Assembly: GCA_951406725.2 (NCBI GenBank)
Contig: OX597822.1
Location: forward strand, 102,920,001 to 102,984,000
Direction of reading: 5' to 3'
Length of the DNA stretch: 64,000 nt
Source of the DNA: Octopus vulgaris
Taxonomy: Eukaryota
Part shown: positions 12,652 through 27,511 of the stretch, piece after piece
Layout: each line of letters begins with the position of its first letter
Position numbering within the stretch: position 1 is the stretch's first letter
Notes under the pieces: generated by a model
What the model was told of the DNA's origin: nothing
What the model saw: only the letters and a program-made list of their open reading frames with translations
Database searches by the model: none
Made by a program: the position numbers and the translations under genes

Positions 12652-14360
12652 AAATTATGTTGCAGAGAATTAGTAATAATGGTACACCCCTCCCATGTGA
12701 CAAATGAAATAACCTAGTCACTATAAGTAAAGAAGTACGTGAAGTACCAGTTGTGTCTTTAATGGTTTTACTAAGTATACTGTATACTGAAGTGGGCATT
12801 ATAATAATGCAACATTTTAAGGATGATAATAATGGTGATGAGGATAAACCAATTCATGTGGAGTTAATAGAAATTCGAAGAGGAATTAATAAACTCACAA
12901 AGTTTTGTTGTGTGAATTCTACAATAAAAAAAAAACAAAAAAATTGTGAAATTATGGAAAATTTGTTAGCCAGTTTTCTTGAGTTGCAAAAACAGCAACA
13001 ACAACAGCTGAAAAAGCAACAACAGCTGAAGCAATAACAACTGAAAGAACAACAGCAGCAGATACAACTGTAAGAGCAACAACAGATGCTACAATTACTG
13101 AAGACATCAGGAAAGTCAGAAAAAGTGTTCTTCCCAGACTATGTTGCTAACTCCATAACAGAGTTCAAATGTGAGCCTGACGAAGGAGTTACCTTTTAAG
13201 CATACTACAGAGGATATGAGCAAACCTTTGAGAAATAATATAAAGATTGGGATGATGAGATGGAAACTCGCTTAATCTTGAGAAAACTGGCTGCAGCAGA
13301 ACATGAACGATGCAGTAATTATGTATGTCCAAGAAAACCGTCAGGCATAAACTTTAATGACAATAAGTATATTGTGTAAAATTTTCAATGAAAAAGCTCA
13401 TTATTCAACACACCTTGGAAGTGTCTGAATACAGAGAAAAATAATGATGAGGATTACACCACATATGTTGGTAGAATAAATAGGGAATGCGAGAAGTTTA
13501 AGCTGGATGAGTTAACACCAGATATGTTCAAATGCCTGATTTTACACAGAGACTTACTACAGAAAAAGAATTCACGCTCAGCAGGAGTAAAACCAGGATG
13601 TAACCCGACAGCAAGTGTCAGAAGAATGTGAAAGGATAGTTAAATCAAGACACGATACAGAGGAGATTGAATGTAAAGGTTATTTCCAAGTAAAGCAAGT
13701 GCAAAATAATTAGAATAGAAATAAAAGGTTTTCTAAAGAACACGAAAAAAACCAGGAACTAAACTCATGTTTTGCATGTGGAGATAATATACACCTGAGG
13801 AAAAATTGTCCAATTAAAATTAAATGTTAAATGATGATGATGATACACACACACACACAAGTGCTTATGTGTTTGTTTTGCAACATTCCTGATGTGAAAT
13901 TGTGTGTTGAAACATATTATTGTATTTGGGGATGGTCATTTTTTTTGGTCATTATTGTAATATGGAAAACAGAAAGTCATTGATGAGGTCACAGAAAGTG
14001 TGACTAAACTAATAATAATAAAAATAAAGCTAAAGTGAAGAGCAAATAAATAGGGCATGTGTTTATTGACAAAAAACAATGACCATCCCACAAATATAAC
14101 AAAAGATGTGTGTGTGTGTGTGTGTATGTTTATATGATGTGGAGGTTAGTTTATAAAACCTGTTGTTAGTAACTAAAAGTCTGCTTTATAAGTCATGAAG
14201 CATGGTAATTATTATTTTTTATGGAAGTTGTGATACCCCTGTAGACAAAAAACATTTTATGGGTTTGTAAGTAGATGATTACATGCAATAACAATAATGT
14301 CAACAATTTAGCTAACTCTAGTAATAATTATGTAGATAGGAAAACTGGTCTCTCTGTCTG

Positions 14361-14393
<33 letters not shown>

Positions 14394-17300
14394 CTATCTA
14401 TATATATATATATATATATATAGATATATATATAGAGAGAGAGAGAGAGTAGATATAAGGTCAAGAGTAACTATTATAGAACACCCTAAAAACTGAGAAA
14501 ATGATATGAATAAAACGTATGGTAAATAAACCATATGTGTAACAGGGCAAACCCAGTCAATTATTCAATGAAGATAGACAAATGAATAAAAGATATGGGT
14601 CCATAATTAGCCAAACTCAACAAAGGAAAATAGTAGAGATGGGGGACAAATAGCAGAGGCTAAGTACAATTAGAGATCATACTTGATGGTTCATGGAATG
14701 ACTCCTCCAACTGGTGGTTGATAACATTGGGTGTCTAACAAATAAAAGATACGCACTATCAGAACAGAAACTCTAATTAACAAATTAGTATTATTAAATG
14801 AGTTCAGCACCAGCTGTTGAGATAATAATGTTGCTTAGCAAAAAAAGAAACCTTACTGATAAAACTGCTATTTAAAAATATAAACGATTCTGTCAGAACA
14901 TTTTTTTATCATGAATGCTGATATTAAAACAAGTGGGTTTCATTTGGAAAATGATGTCTACTGCTAATGATGCAGAATTATTAACAATGAAGAACCTAGG
15001 TACTCAGCTTCATTAATTACTTATATTTTTTAACTAGCAGTATCACCTGGCGTTGCTCGGGTTTGTTTCGACCCTTTTGAATTGGAATTTTTGAAAAGTA
15101 AAAATTTTGCATTGTGTAGCTTGTTATTCTCTTTAAGTGAACATTTTTCTGGTTGAAATACACCAAAAAATGGTGACACAGCAGTCAAAAAATCGTAAAA
15201 AAATAGGGATTTTCATAAAAAAAGAAAAAAGCGCCTTTTTGATGTATATAATTTGTGGGGTTAACATGGTCCGATTTGAATTTTTTCTTCTACGGAAGGA
15301 AGAGCAAGCCTTCTTCTATCATACTCTCAATTTTGGTCAACTTGCACCACAGGGTCTTGGAGGAGATAGTGTTAGTTGAAGGCTGCCAAACCTGCCACAC
15401 ACAGACAACTTCAGCTTTATATATATAGATTTCTATTCTATATGCTCTGTATATGACATGCATTCGAAAAATGTCTGACTTTATTTTTTCCTGCCAAAAC
15501 TAATGCCATGTATGCAAAATCTTTGGGTGGGAGGTGATGCTACCCTTCCTGTGCATGTGTGAAAATTTTCATGCTGGTAGGCTTTGTCAATTCCTGGCTG
15601 TTACGCTTAGAATACAGATGTGTAGTGTGCACTTGCTGGGTTTTCCTTTTCATGTAAAATGACTAAACACATCAAATAGAGACCATAAACCTATATCTCA
15701 TGACTAGTGATGATGGTCTTCATGAAGTGTGGGTTGTGGTTTGTACAGCCTAGCATGTCCTAAGCAATTTCCACGTGGAGTTATTTCTGCTCTGCCAGCA
15801 CCTTGGGGTCGAATTTCACTGACCCTCTCCGCATGTACAAATCCTCCCTTAAAATGGAATGGGCTAATCCTGTGCTTATTCCCATTTCATGAGCAATTTC
15901 TTGGATTGTTACTCAATGGTCTTCCCTGACTATTTGCCACACCTTCTCAATTGGCTCATTGTTCCAGCTTGTGTATGGCCTGCCTGAGTGTGCCTCACTC
16001 CTTTACCTAAGTTTAGTCCATGGCATAATTACCAAAGACCTGCTGAATCAATCTTCTGGATGGTTTGAAAAACTTAATGCAAGATCTCAGCTCAATGCAT
16101 TCAGTGAAAATGAAAATCCAACAATTGTGCACTAAATGTTTGTACTCTAGACTTAACAGCTGGGAACTGATGTAGCCTCCTAGCATGAAAATGTTCATGC
16201 ATGTGCAGGAAGGGTGGTGTTACCTCCCATCCAAACGATTTTGCCCATACAGCATTAGCTTTAGAGGGAAAATCTAAGGTAGATACTTTTTTAATTCACC
16301 TCTTATATGCCAATATTTTATCTAAATGAATGCATTTGGCATTTCAACTTTTAATAAAGTGACAATAAATTTAATATAGAAATAAATAAATGCGCCGTTT
16401 ATAAAGCCTAGCCAGGCTCATGGGCCCGGTTTCTTGGTTTCCATGGCGTATGTGTTCCCCAGCTGGACGGGACACCAGTCCATCGCAGTGTTATTCATTT
16501 TTGCCAGCTGTGTGGACTGGACCAACATGAAATGAAGTGTTTTGCTCAAGAACACAATGCGTTGCCCGGTCCAGGAATCGAAGCCACAATCTTACGATCA
16601 TGGTGCTGACACCCTAACCACTAAGCCACGCGCCTCCACAAATTTAATATATATAGGATTATTTTTATTTCTTTATTGCCCACAGGGGGCTAAAATAGAG
16701 GGGACAAACAAAGACAGACAAAGGGATTAAGTCGATTACATCGACCACAGTGCGTAACTGGTACTTAATTTATCGACCCCAAAAGGATGAAAGGCACAGT
16801 CTACCTTGGCGGAATTTGATCTCAGAACGTAACGGCAGATGAAATACCGCTAAGCATTTCGCCCAGCGTGCTAACGTTTCTGCCAGCTTGCTGTCCCTTT
16901 AGCACACACATGTATTCGGGCACATGATTGCAATGTTGTGGGTTCAGTTCCTGAACTGGGTAGCATGATGTTTCTTTGAGCAAGGTTCTCCTGCTCTACC
17001 AAAATGAATTATCAGCCAAGTGCTGATGTAGTAGTCTCCCCATCGCCCACCCCAGCTGCTGCCTACATGCATACTTAATGACTAGGAATATTAGTAGATG
17101 AGAGAATAAAAAGCAAAAACAAAAGAAATGATTATTACAATTTTTTTTTTCTGATGAGAGAAAAGGTAGATTCATTAAAATGCACGAGATGAGAAATCAA
17201 CATAGAAATGTTCGTACCATACAATGAAAATAGTGTCTACCTACTTTCAAGAGTGTCTACCTACAATCATATTACAAGGTGCAAACAAATTTTTTTTTTT

Positions 17301-19166
17301 TTTTGTAGTGGAAAGGGTTGTTTGTTATTTCAATATGTTAATGTATTCACACTAAAACAAATTATTAGTACATGCAAGGAAAGGAAAATAATAAAAATAA
17401 AAATTCAAAAGTCTCTAAGTCTGATCATAATGTGAATTACAGGTAATAGTTTTTAACCTGGAAAATAATTTGGCACAAAGTCAAGTTCATTCAGCAACAA
17501 AGGAAGTTCGTATCAATGATAGCGTCTCCTTAGTGTTTTATCAGTAAGTGGTTCATCTTAGCTTGAATGTATTTATTTATAAACTTGTTGACTGGTACAT
17601 TGCTTTATCAGCCCTTGAAGGATGAAAGGCAAATGTGTCTTCTGTGGTATTTGAACTCAAAGCATGAAGAACTGATGTAACTTAATACTGCAAAGCATTT
17701 TGTCTGATGCTTTAATGATCTCTGCAAATCCACCACCCTTACAACAACAACAACAACGAGGATCATTATCATCATCATCATCATCGTTTAACGTCCGCTT
17801 TCCATGCTAGCATGGATTGGACGATTTTGACTGAGGGTTGGCAAACCAGATGGCTGCACCAGGCTCCAGTCCTGATCTAGCTGAGTTTCTACAGCTGGAT
17901 GCCCTTCCTAATGCCAACCACTCCGAGAGTGTAGTGAGTGCTTTTTACGTGCCACCAGCACGGGGGCCAGTCAGGCGGTACTGGCAATGACCTCGATAAT
18001 GATAATGATGATAATTTGATATATCTAGTTTCAACATGGACTAAAAGAGATTCTTGTATTAGCCTGGTTATTTTATTTTTATTTAATTTTATTTTATCTA
18101 GTTTCAGCTCACGAGCTGAGGCCATGCTGGGGCATCGCCATTAATCTTTCCTGGTTCTTTAATCTTTCCTTATACTAAATATTTAATCGTGGAGTTAGTT
18201 CTTCTTAATCACAGCTACAACATTATTAACAATTTTTGAGATAATTAAATACAAATATTTTGCACCACCTCACATTATCATTAACAAGTCAGAGGTGAGG
18301 AATCTCTTGCCCTTAGGCAAAATTTCATCTATATTCAAATTTAAGACCCTTTGCTAATGAATGCTCGAAAAACCCAAACTAGAGAAAAGATCTGAAAAAG
18401 CAAAACAACTTAAATCTTGAGCCTAGAGCAGTAATTTAATGTTGTCATCATCATCATCATCTTTTAATTCAAATTGGCCATATCCAGTCAAAACACTTAA
18501 CCTCAACCCTACGATGTCATTCTAAGACTAAACAATCACATCAGCAAAATCTCTAAAATACAAGACAATGCAAGATTAATTCAAAACAATATAAATAAAC
18601 AGACATTACATTTGGCAAAGTAATCTGAACACTAAAGAGTTAATATCCATCTACCTTACCGGCATGGGTTAGATGGCTCATCCTAATTCAAAAGATTGTT
18701 TTGTGTTGGTATAAAAGATGTGCTACAGCAAATATCTGTTCAGTACCACAGATTTGCTTGTTAGTTTCTTGACCGTAACCAGTTGAGCATGTTCAATAGT
18801 GGCTGGCGATATGTGTATCTCTCATCCCGAGGAGAAGTAGTGGGAGAGCATCATAGCCAAATGTTGAGAGGAATTCTTTGGGGGTTGGATAATTCACCTC
18901 TGGAAACATGGGTGGTTTGTTCATCATCCTTAAACAACCTTATTTAGAGACCTTTTGAGCAGGATGGGCTGCTTGACCTTCTAACTGGGCCCCACCTGCA
19001 AGGTCATGTGCTGTTTATCTTGATATGAGATTACCATGTTGCACACATATGGTTGTGATGCATGTGCCTAGTGTACCCTTATCAGACGGGTAGTCATGAT
19101 GGGTATGCTGGACTTCGTATATTTTACCTCAGTGTCACTTTGATGGCATGCACTGCTCTCTCACTC

Positions 19167-19202
<36 letters not shown>

Positions 19203-22200
19203 AATTATATAGTGGAAGTGATTTAATTAACAGTGAATTAATTAGTGGACTATATTAACAATGAATTAATCAACTAGCTATACCAACAGTGGCTCAAACA
19301 ACAAATTATATAGCAATGAATTAAATAATAATTAAATAATGTTGATGTAAAATTTATATTTTTATTGGTTTACCTAATCTACATTGAATATGATGTGTTA
19401 ATAATAGAATTCTGTATGAAGGAAGTAAACTGGCAAGGTCTTTTGGAATGTTGGTTAGAGTCACTTGCAATAGTTATTCCTGCTTCCTGGGTTCAAATTT
19501 CACCGAAGTCAACTTTTCTTTTCATCATTTCGAGGTCAATAAATAACATAACGTAATAACTGGGGTTGACTCTTCTCTCATTTCTCTCTCTGGAAGAAAT
19601 TCACTGTGGTCTGACCTGTGCTGCCAAATTTATGTCTTCTCTCTCTACATGTTGTGATAGCACACTGTGACTCCATAAGGATTTGAGGACTTAAAGCAAG
19701 ACACAGTTTCTTATTTCTTTATTGCCCACAAGGAGCTAAACATAGAGGGGACAAACAAGGACAGACAAACAGATTAAGTCAATTATATCGGCCCCAGTGC
19801 ATAACTGGTACTTATTTAATCGACCCCGAAAGGATGAAATGCACAGTCGACCTCTGCAGAATTTGAACTCAGAACGTAATGGCAGACGAATTACCTATTT
19901 CTTTACTACCCACAAGGAGCTAAACACAGAGAGGACAAACAAGGACAGACAAAGGGATTAAGTCGATTATATCAACGCCAGTGCGTAACTGGTACTTATT
20001 TAATCGACCCCGAAAGGATGAAAGGCAAAGTCGACCTCACGGAATTTGAACTCAGAACATAACGGCAAATGAAATACCGCTTGCTGCCTTAAAGCAAGAC
20101 ACAGTTTCTATATACATTAAGTGCAGGTGTGGCTGTGTGGTAAAAAGTTTGCTTCTCAACCACATGGTTCCAGGTTCAGTCCCACTGCGTGGCATCTTGG
20201 GCAAGTGTTTGCTACTATAGCTTTGGGCCAACAAATTTTTGATCCTACTTTTTTTGTATTTGTTCTGACTCCCTGTGCTCTCAGTTCAAATCCTGCTGAG
20301 GTGAACTTTGCCTTTCGTCCTTTTGGAGTCAATAAAGACGACCCAATTAAAACGGTGGATTCACAGAACTTCTAATCCAGAAATATCAGACTTGATGTCT
20401 TGCGGTATTTGTTCTTAGTTGTTTGCATCCTGAGTTCAAATTTGTGTTTCATTAACTTCAAACCAAAGTGTCAGGGCAATGTCATGCAAATATAGTGAAA
20501 GCAATGATTTTCAGAAAGAAAATGGTGTGAATTCTTTAAAAAATATTTTTCTTTCAAATCTTTCACATGTTGGAACCAATATGTCAGTGTTGGGCACAAA
20601 ACCATTTTGTTTATTTCCATTCAAGTGTTCACAGCTTCACAAAATATGAACAAGAGGAAAAAAGGAGGACAAACTGATCATAACTAGAGCATTTCACTGT
20701 CATAAATATAACAATACAGGTTTTGTTAAGTCTTGTAATTTTTATATCATAATGACATCCTTTTTTAACAGCTTGTTGTTGTGTACGTAACAGACATTTA
20801 TTGGGGGAGTTAGATTCGTTCTCCTTTCGTCAATTACTTGACCTAAATATTTAAGTTTTTTTTTTTTCATCAAAAATTCACACTTTTCCTTCGTTAGTCA
20901 TATATACTCTTTTTTTTTTACTGTTTTACTTGTTTCAGTCATTTGACTGCGGCCATGCTGGAGCACTGCCTTTAGTCGAGCAAATCGACCCCGGGACTTA
21001 TTCTTTGTAAGTCTTGTACTTATTCTATCGGTCACTTTTGCCGAACCGCTAAGTTACAGGGGACATAAACACACCAGCATCGGTTGTCAAGCAATGCTAG
21101 TGAGACAAACACAGACACACACACATACATACATACATATATATATATACATATATACGACTGAGGAAATGACCAGCGACCGAGACCTTTGGAAATATGC
21201 TGTACGTGAGAAGACCAGGCAGGACAAGTGAGCCCAGCCCACTTATGAATGCCTTTCCTCCCTTGGACACAAAGACCTGTTGAGGCAAGCGAAGTCGATA
21301 TAGAACCTCATCTGACGACAGGCACCCATGCCAACCCCCTTTGCTTGCGAAGACATGTTGGGGCAAGCGAAATCAAAATCGAATTGAACCAGCCAGGATC
21401 CCTCGTCTGGTGGCACGTAAAAAGCACTATCCGACTCGTGGCCGATGCCAGCGCCGCCTCGACTGGCTTCCGTGCCGGTGGCATGTAAAATACACCAATC
21501 CAACCGTGGCCGTTGCCAGCCTCGCCTAGCACCTCTGCAGGTGGCACGTAAAAAGCACCCACTACACTCACGGAGTGGTTGGCGTTAGGAAGGGCATCCA
21601 GCTGTAGAAACATTGCCAGATAAGACTGGAGCCTGGTGCAGCCTTCTGGCTTCCCAGATCCCCGGTCGAACCGGTCCAACCCATGCTAGCATGGAGAACG
21701 GACGTTAAACGATGATGATGATGATGACGACGGGCTTCTTTCAGTTTCCGTCTACCAAATACACTCACAAGGCTTTGGTTGGCCCGAGGCTATAGTAGAA
21801 GACACTTGCCCAAGGTGCCACGCAATGGGACTGAACCCGGAACCATGTGGTTCATAAGCAAGCTACTTACCACACAGCCACTCCTACGCCTATTTGGAAA
21901 CAATTTTTTAATTTTTAGTCTCAGTTGTTTGACTTCATTCAAACTTTTAACTGTGCCAACTAGATTTTCACAAAGAACATTAATGGAGGTGTCCCACATT
22001 TGAAATGACTCTGCATTCTGTGCCAAATAGGTTTAGTGATTTTTTTTTTTTTTTTGCAATACATAAATGATTGTCCTTTTCATTTCACCTCGGAAAGTTA
22101 CATTGCAAATACATTCGCTGATGAAATATAATTTCTCTCCTGTAACACCATATACCATTTTATTTGATTTAAATAATTTCGGTTTACCGATTTGTCACCA

Positions 22201-25024
22201 ATATTTTTCATTTATGATAGTGATCTCACTACCTGCGTCTAATTGCATTTTGGCACTTGTGGTTTTGATTCTCACCTTGATAAATAATCTGTTTGTTGTA
22301 TAAAATTTTTCCTCTAATGATAAACTATTTATTTTTTCTTGTTTGGTCCAATTTTTTGTCAACTCAGTTCTGCAGTGTGATTTAATGTGTCCTGTGTTTT
22401 CCCACAATGAAAACACTTTGCTTTTTGAACGGACACTCTTTTCTCAGGTGCCTACCACCACTTGCCATACATGGGTGTATTTCCTGTTGTATATTGTGTT
22501 TTTTGTGAAACACTTTATCTGTCTTCTAAATCTTCCACACTGGTTTTATCTGTAGACAATCTCTGCATCGGGTTTCTTCTGTGTTATGCCTTACTTTTAA
22601 TATCATATTGCACTCTTCTGACAGTTTCTGGATAGCTATATCCTGCTTTTGTTGTGTCTGGGGAGAGTCATTCTCTTTTATTGCCTAATTATTTAACACA
22701 CTCACCGGTAAAATTTCCTCTTATTTCTATTTTTTAAAATTTTCGTTGCGTCTTACAACCTTTTCAGTTGTCTTGACTATCGAAAAGGTTGCAAGACGCA
22801 ACGAAAATTTTAGAAAATAAGAAATAAGTGGAAATTTTACCGGTGAGTGTGTTAAATAATAAGGCAATAAAAGAGAATGACTCTCCCCAGACACAACAGA
22901 ATATGCTTCAACACACGAACTCATATAAAGAATCTTGCAAACCAAATCCAAAAACGAAATATATCCTGGTTCATTTCCAGCTTTGCAAGAATTTTCATTC
23001 TGACTTCTGCGTCCTTTTTAGCAGTAAATCCCTGAACAGAAGTCAGGCACTTGAATGAGTCTGGAGTTAGTGTATCCAGTTTAAATCTCTTGCACTCTCT
23101 GTTCACTCTACTAACACATGTGGTATAAAGTCTTTGTCTTTGCTTCTCTCAGTGTTCAAACACTTCCAACATGTGTTGAACAACGGTGTTTTTTCACTAA
23201 ACATCCTACATAAAATGTCAATTGTGCCCGTGAAATTTATGTCAGAAACATTTTTAGGCAATAAAAAGTTACAGTATTTTTTGTGTTCTGTTGTCGCCAG
23301 TTTCCTCAGAATTAGACACGTTTCCATTTTGTCTGTTTATTCTTGGTATTCTTTTTCGAAAATTTGCTCAAATCTTCAGTAGTATTCCCTGAAGGTGATT
23401 CCTTCTTCCGGTTCACATTTGAATTCATTTATTGAATTTGTTACATGGTCTGGTCAAAATGTATTTCCAGGTTTTGTTACTAACTTCATTAGTTGATACA
23501 TTTGTTGTTCTTTGGGTTGTTGTTGCTGTTTTTGCAATTCAGTTTTCCATAATTTTATAGATTTTTTTGTAAAATATGCACAAGAAAACCGTTTGTTACT
23601 CCTCTGTCAAGTTTTTAATTTCTCTAGGTGAAAAATATTTCAATGTTGTCCACATCATCATCATCATCATCATCGTTTAGCGTCCGCTTTCCATGCTAGC
23701 ATGGGTTGGACGGTTCAACTGGGGTCTGGGAAGCCAGAAGGCTGCACCAGGCCCAGTTTGATCTGGCAACGTTTCTACGGCTGGATGCCCTTCCTAACGC
23801 CAACCACTCCATGAGTGTAGTGGGTGCTTTTTACGTGCCACCGGCAGAAAAATAATTTTTGAATGTTGTCTGTGTGAATTGTGTATATCCTCATCACCAC
23901 TGTTATAATGTGTATCCTCATTCACTTGTATGTTATTGTTGGCACTGTAATATTCTTTTTGCCATTATTATGTTGTGGTGGTATTCTGCGTCTTATTATC
24001 TTTGACTCATCCATCATGCTATCACTGATAGCTCCACAAGCCGATGACTTTGAAATGTCTACCTTGACGGTAACTTGAACTCATATATCATGTAACTGAC
24101 ACTAACTCCAACTGAGAACTTGTACAATGTCACTACTACTACTGACCTCTTACAGTGACTGACTGACTAACTTTATAGTGGCTGGTTCATACCACTTTGT
24201 CATGTGAGAAGGTGAGTACTATTTTCACTACAACAATATAATATGATATGGGCTAATTAATTTTTATGATGATATTTAAATAAACTTTATATATCAGAAT
24301 TTTTCCTGTACAACATTCCCTTTTCAAACACCCATTCCTGGCCTTTCTGCTGTCCCCTATTCCACTCCTTACCCTGTATACTTTAGGTCATACATTACTC
24401 CAGTGTTGGTACCCATCCCCCCCCACACACAAACAAAATGCATCATGTACATTTCATAAAGTGACTGGTGTCAGGAATAGCAGCAAGTTATTAAAATCAG
24501 GCCAAATGACATGTATGAGTACCATTTTTTTAGAAGCAGTAGCTTTCCATAAGAAATGACTCTAACTGACTTGATAGTGGGGATGCCAAACAATTTTATT
24601 TAATCTTGGATCATCTTTGATCCAAGATATGTATGCTTAAAGGCATTCCAGCATTGACCAACCTGTCTTTCCCTTCTTTTATATTTTGAACCTATGCAAT
24701 GTGTCTCTGTTTGTGTCTCTGACTGCATGAACCTGTGCCCTTCTCTTTTTGAGACAGTAGTGTATTAATGAGCAAGACTTGGTTGCTATTTCTAGCAAAT
24801 ATATTGATGATGTAGAACACCATCCTTATTGGTTTCTCATCATGAATGACTACATCACTTGACCAATCCCAGAAAAATGAGCAACCACTCTGTTTACATA
24901 CACAACAAAGCCTGTGGTTACAGAGAACTGGTGCTGCTAATTTGCATATCATGTGTCCAACTCTTTATTTCATACCTACCTACATACACGCATACATACA
25001 TACGTACATACATACATACATACA

Positions 25025-25055
<31 letters not shown>

Positions 25056-27465
25056 TGTGTGTGGTGGGGGCAGGCTTCTTTCAGTTTCTGTCCATTAAAT
25101 CCACTCGCATGGCTTTAGCAGGTTCAGGACTATAGTAGGAGATACTCATCCAAGGTGCCATGCATTAGAACTGAACCCAAAACCGTGTTTTATGGATGTA
25201 AACTTTTTAATCGAAGGAGAGGAGCTTTCTCCGTCCGGGTTGCGGTTCCATGGAACAAGCTGCCAGACGAGATGGTGAAGATGCCGACGACTGCTCAGTT
25301 CAAAGTCTCCCTTGACCTCAAGTGGCCTGAACTCTTTACATGAACACCACCCTGTACTTAACTCCATGTCCCCCTACATGGCCTTGCTATTTGCTTTTGA
25401 GCCAAAAATTAACTAACTAACTAACCACACAATAATTTTTTTTACTTCATCTTCTGGACATACAAAATCAAAAAGCAAAAAAAACAAAAACAGCAACAAC
25501 AAAAAAAAAACACTGAGGAGTAGTAATGTAGAGTCTTCCCTCATTAGCCTGGTTTATTCTGTTATCTTTAATGGCACACTTCCTGTTAAGAAAGACATTG
25601 CTGTGTATTGTTACTCCTTCTATGATCATTTTCACCAATTTCAAAAGATTTGCAAGAAAACATCTCTTAATTTTTCTCTGCAATTTTCTATTAACCCTTT
25701 AGTGTTCGGATTACTCTGTCAAATGTAATGCTTACTTATCCCCATTGTTTTGAATTAATCATTGATTATCTCAAAGCTTTCAGATTTTGATGATGTGATT
25801 GGATATTTTTAGAATGAAATTACAGGGTGGATAGCAGAGGTCAGATCTGACAAGTTTAAACATAAAACAAGTAAAATATTTTAGCTGGATATGGCTGGTT
25901 CGAATGCTAAAGAGTTAAATCTCTCTATATATAAAGCTGAAGTTGTCTGTGTATGGCAGGTTTGGTACCCTTCAACTAACACTATCTCCTCCGAAACCCT
26001 GCGGTGCAAGTCGACCAAAATTGAAAGTATGATAGAAGAAGGCTTGCTCTTCATTCCGTAGAAGAAAAATTTCAAATCGGACCATGTTAACACCAAAAAT
26101 TATTTACATCAAAAGGTGCTTTTTTCTATGAAAATCCCCATTTTTTACAATTTTTTTTACTGCTCTGTCACCATTTTTTGGTGTATTTTAACCAGAAAAA
26201 TGTTCACTTACATAATGCAAAATTTTTACTTTTCAAAAATTCCAATTCTAAAGGGTCGAAACAAACCCGACCAACGCCGGGCGATACTGCTAGTTTTTAA
26301 TAACGACAACTCTTTGAATGCATATTTTAGAATATCTGACCATTTTCATTTTGCTATTCTTCTTCTTTCTTTTTCTTTTCGGTAGGTACTGATGAAGCAG
26401 CAATTATTAAGATAATGACTTCTCATACCAACCAGCAACGAATAGAAATAGAAAGAGTATTCAAAGCAATGTTTGGAAAGGTAGGAATAATTATGATTAT
26501 TATTTCATGTCTGTCTAAGGCTGTGAACTGGCAAAAACCATTTGCACACCAAGCAAAATGCTTACTGGCATTTCATCTTTATGTTCTGAGTTCAAATTCT
26601 GCCAAAGTTGACTTTGCCCCTCATCCTTTTAGGGTTGATAAAGTTGATAAAATAAGTATCAGTTGAGCGTTGGCAGCAATGTAATCAACTTACCCCTCCC
26701 CAAAATTGCTGGCCTTGTGCTAAAATTTGAAACCATTATTTCAAGTCTTTCTGTCTGTATATTAAATTATCCTTTATTCCCTTGATTATTCAAATCATCA
26801 TCATCATCATAATCATCATTTAACGTCCGCTTTCCATGCTAGCATGGGTTGGACGATTTGACTGAGGTCTAGCGAACCAGACTCCAATCTGATCTGACAG
26901 AGTTTCTACAGCTGGATGCCCTTCCTAAAGCCAACCACTCCGAGAGTGTAGTGGATGCTTTTACGTGCCACCGGCACGAGGACCAGTTTGGTAGTACTGG
27001 CAATGGCCACGCCCAAATGGTGCTTTTTTCATGCCACCTTCACAGGAGCCAGTCCACCGGCACATTGTTAGTAAGGTGACACGGTAACAATCGCACTTGA
27101 ATGGTGTGCTTAACTTGCCATCGGCACGAAGGCCAGCTTGTTGCTCTGGCAACGATCTCACTCGTATGGTACTGGAAATCTGGGATTGTTTATTTGTTGA
27201 AACTAGAAACCTATTGAATATAATTTTTATTCTTTTATTCTTTGACATGTTTCATTCATTTGACATGTGGCTATGCTGGAGCAACAATTTAAAGGGTTTT
27301 AGTTGAAGAAATTGACCCCATGACTTATTATTTGTAAGCTTAGTATTTATTCTGTCTCTTTTGCCAAACTGCTATGTTACAGAGACATTAACATTCCAAC
27401 ATTGGTTGTCAAGCAATGGTGGAGGGGACAAATACAGACACAAGGACCACACACACACACATATA

Positions 27466-27511
<46 letters not shown>

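Noticed and set aside
12753-13037. Poly-Q ORF as a host gene exon
   Set aside because: It is the 5' part of a stop- and frameshift-riddled Gypsy gag-like region.
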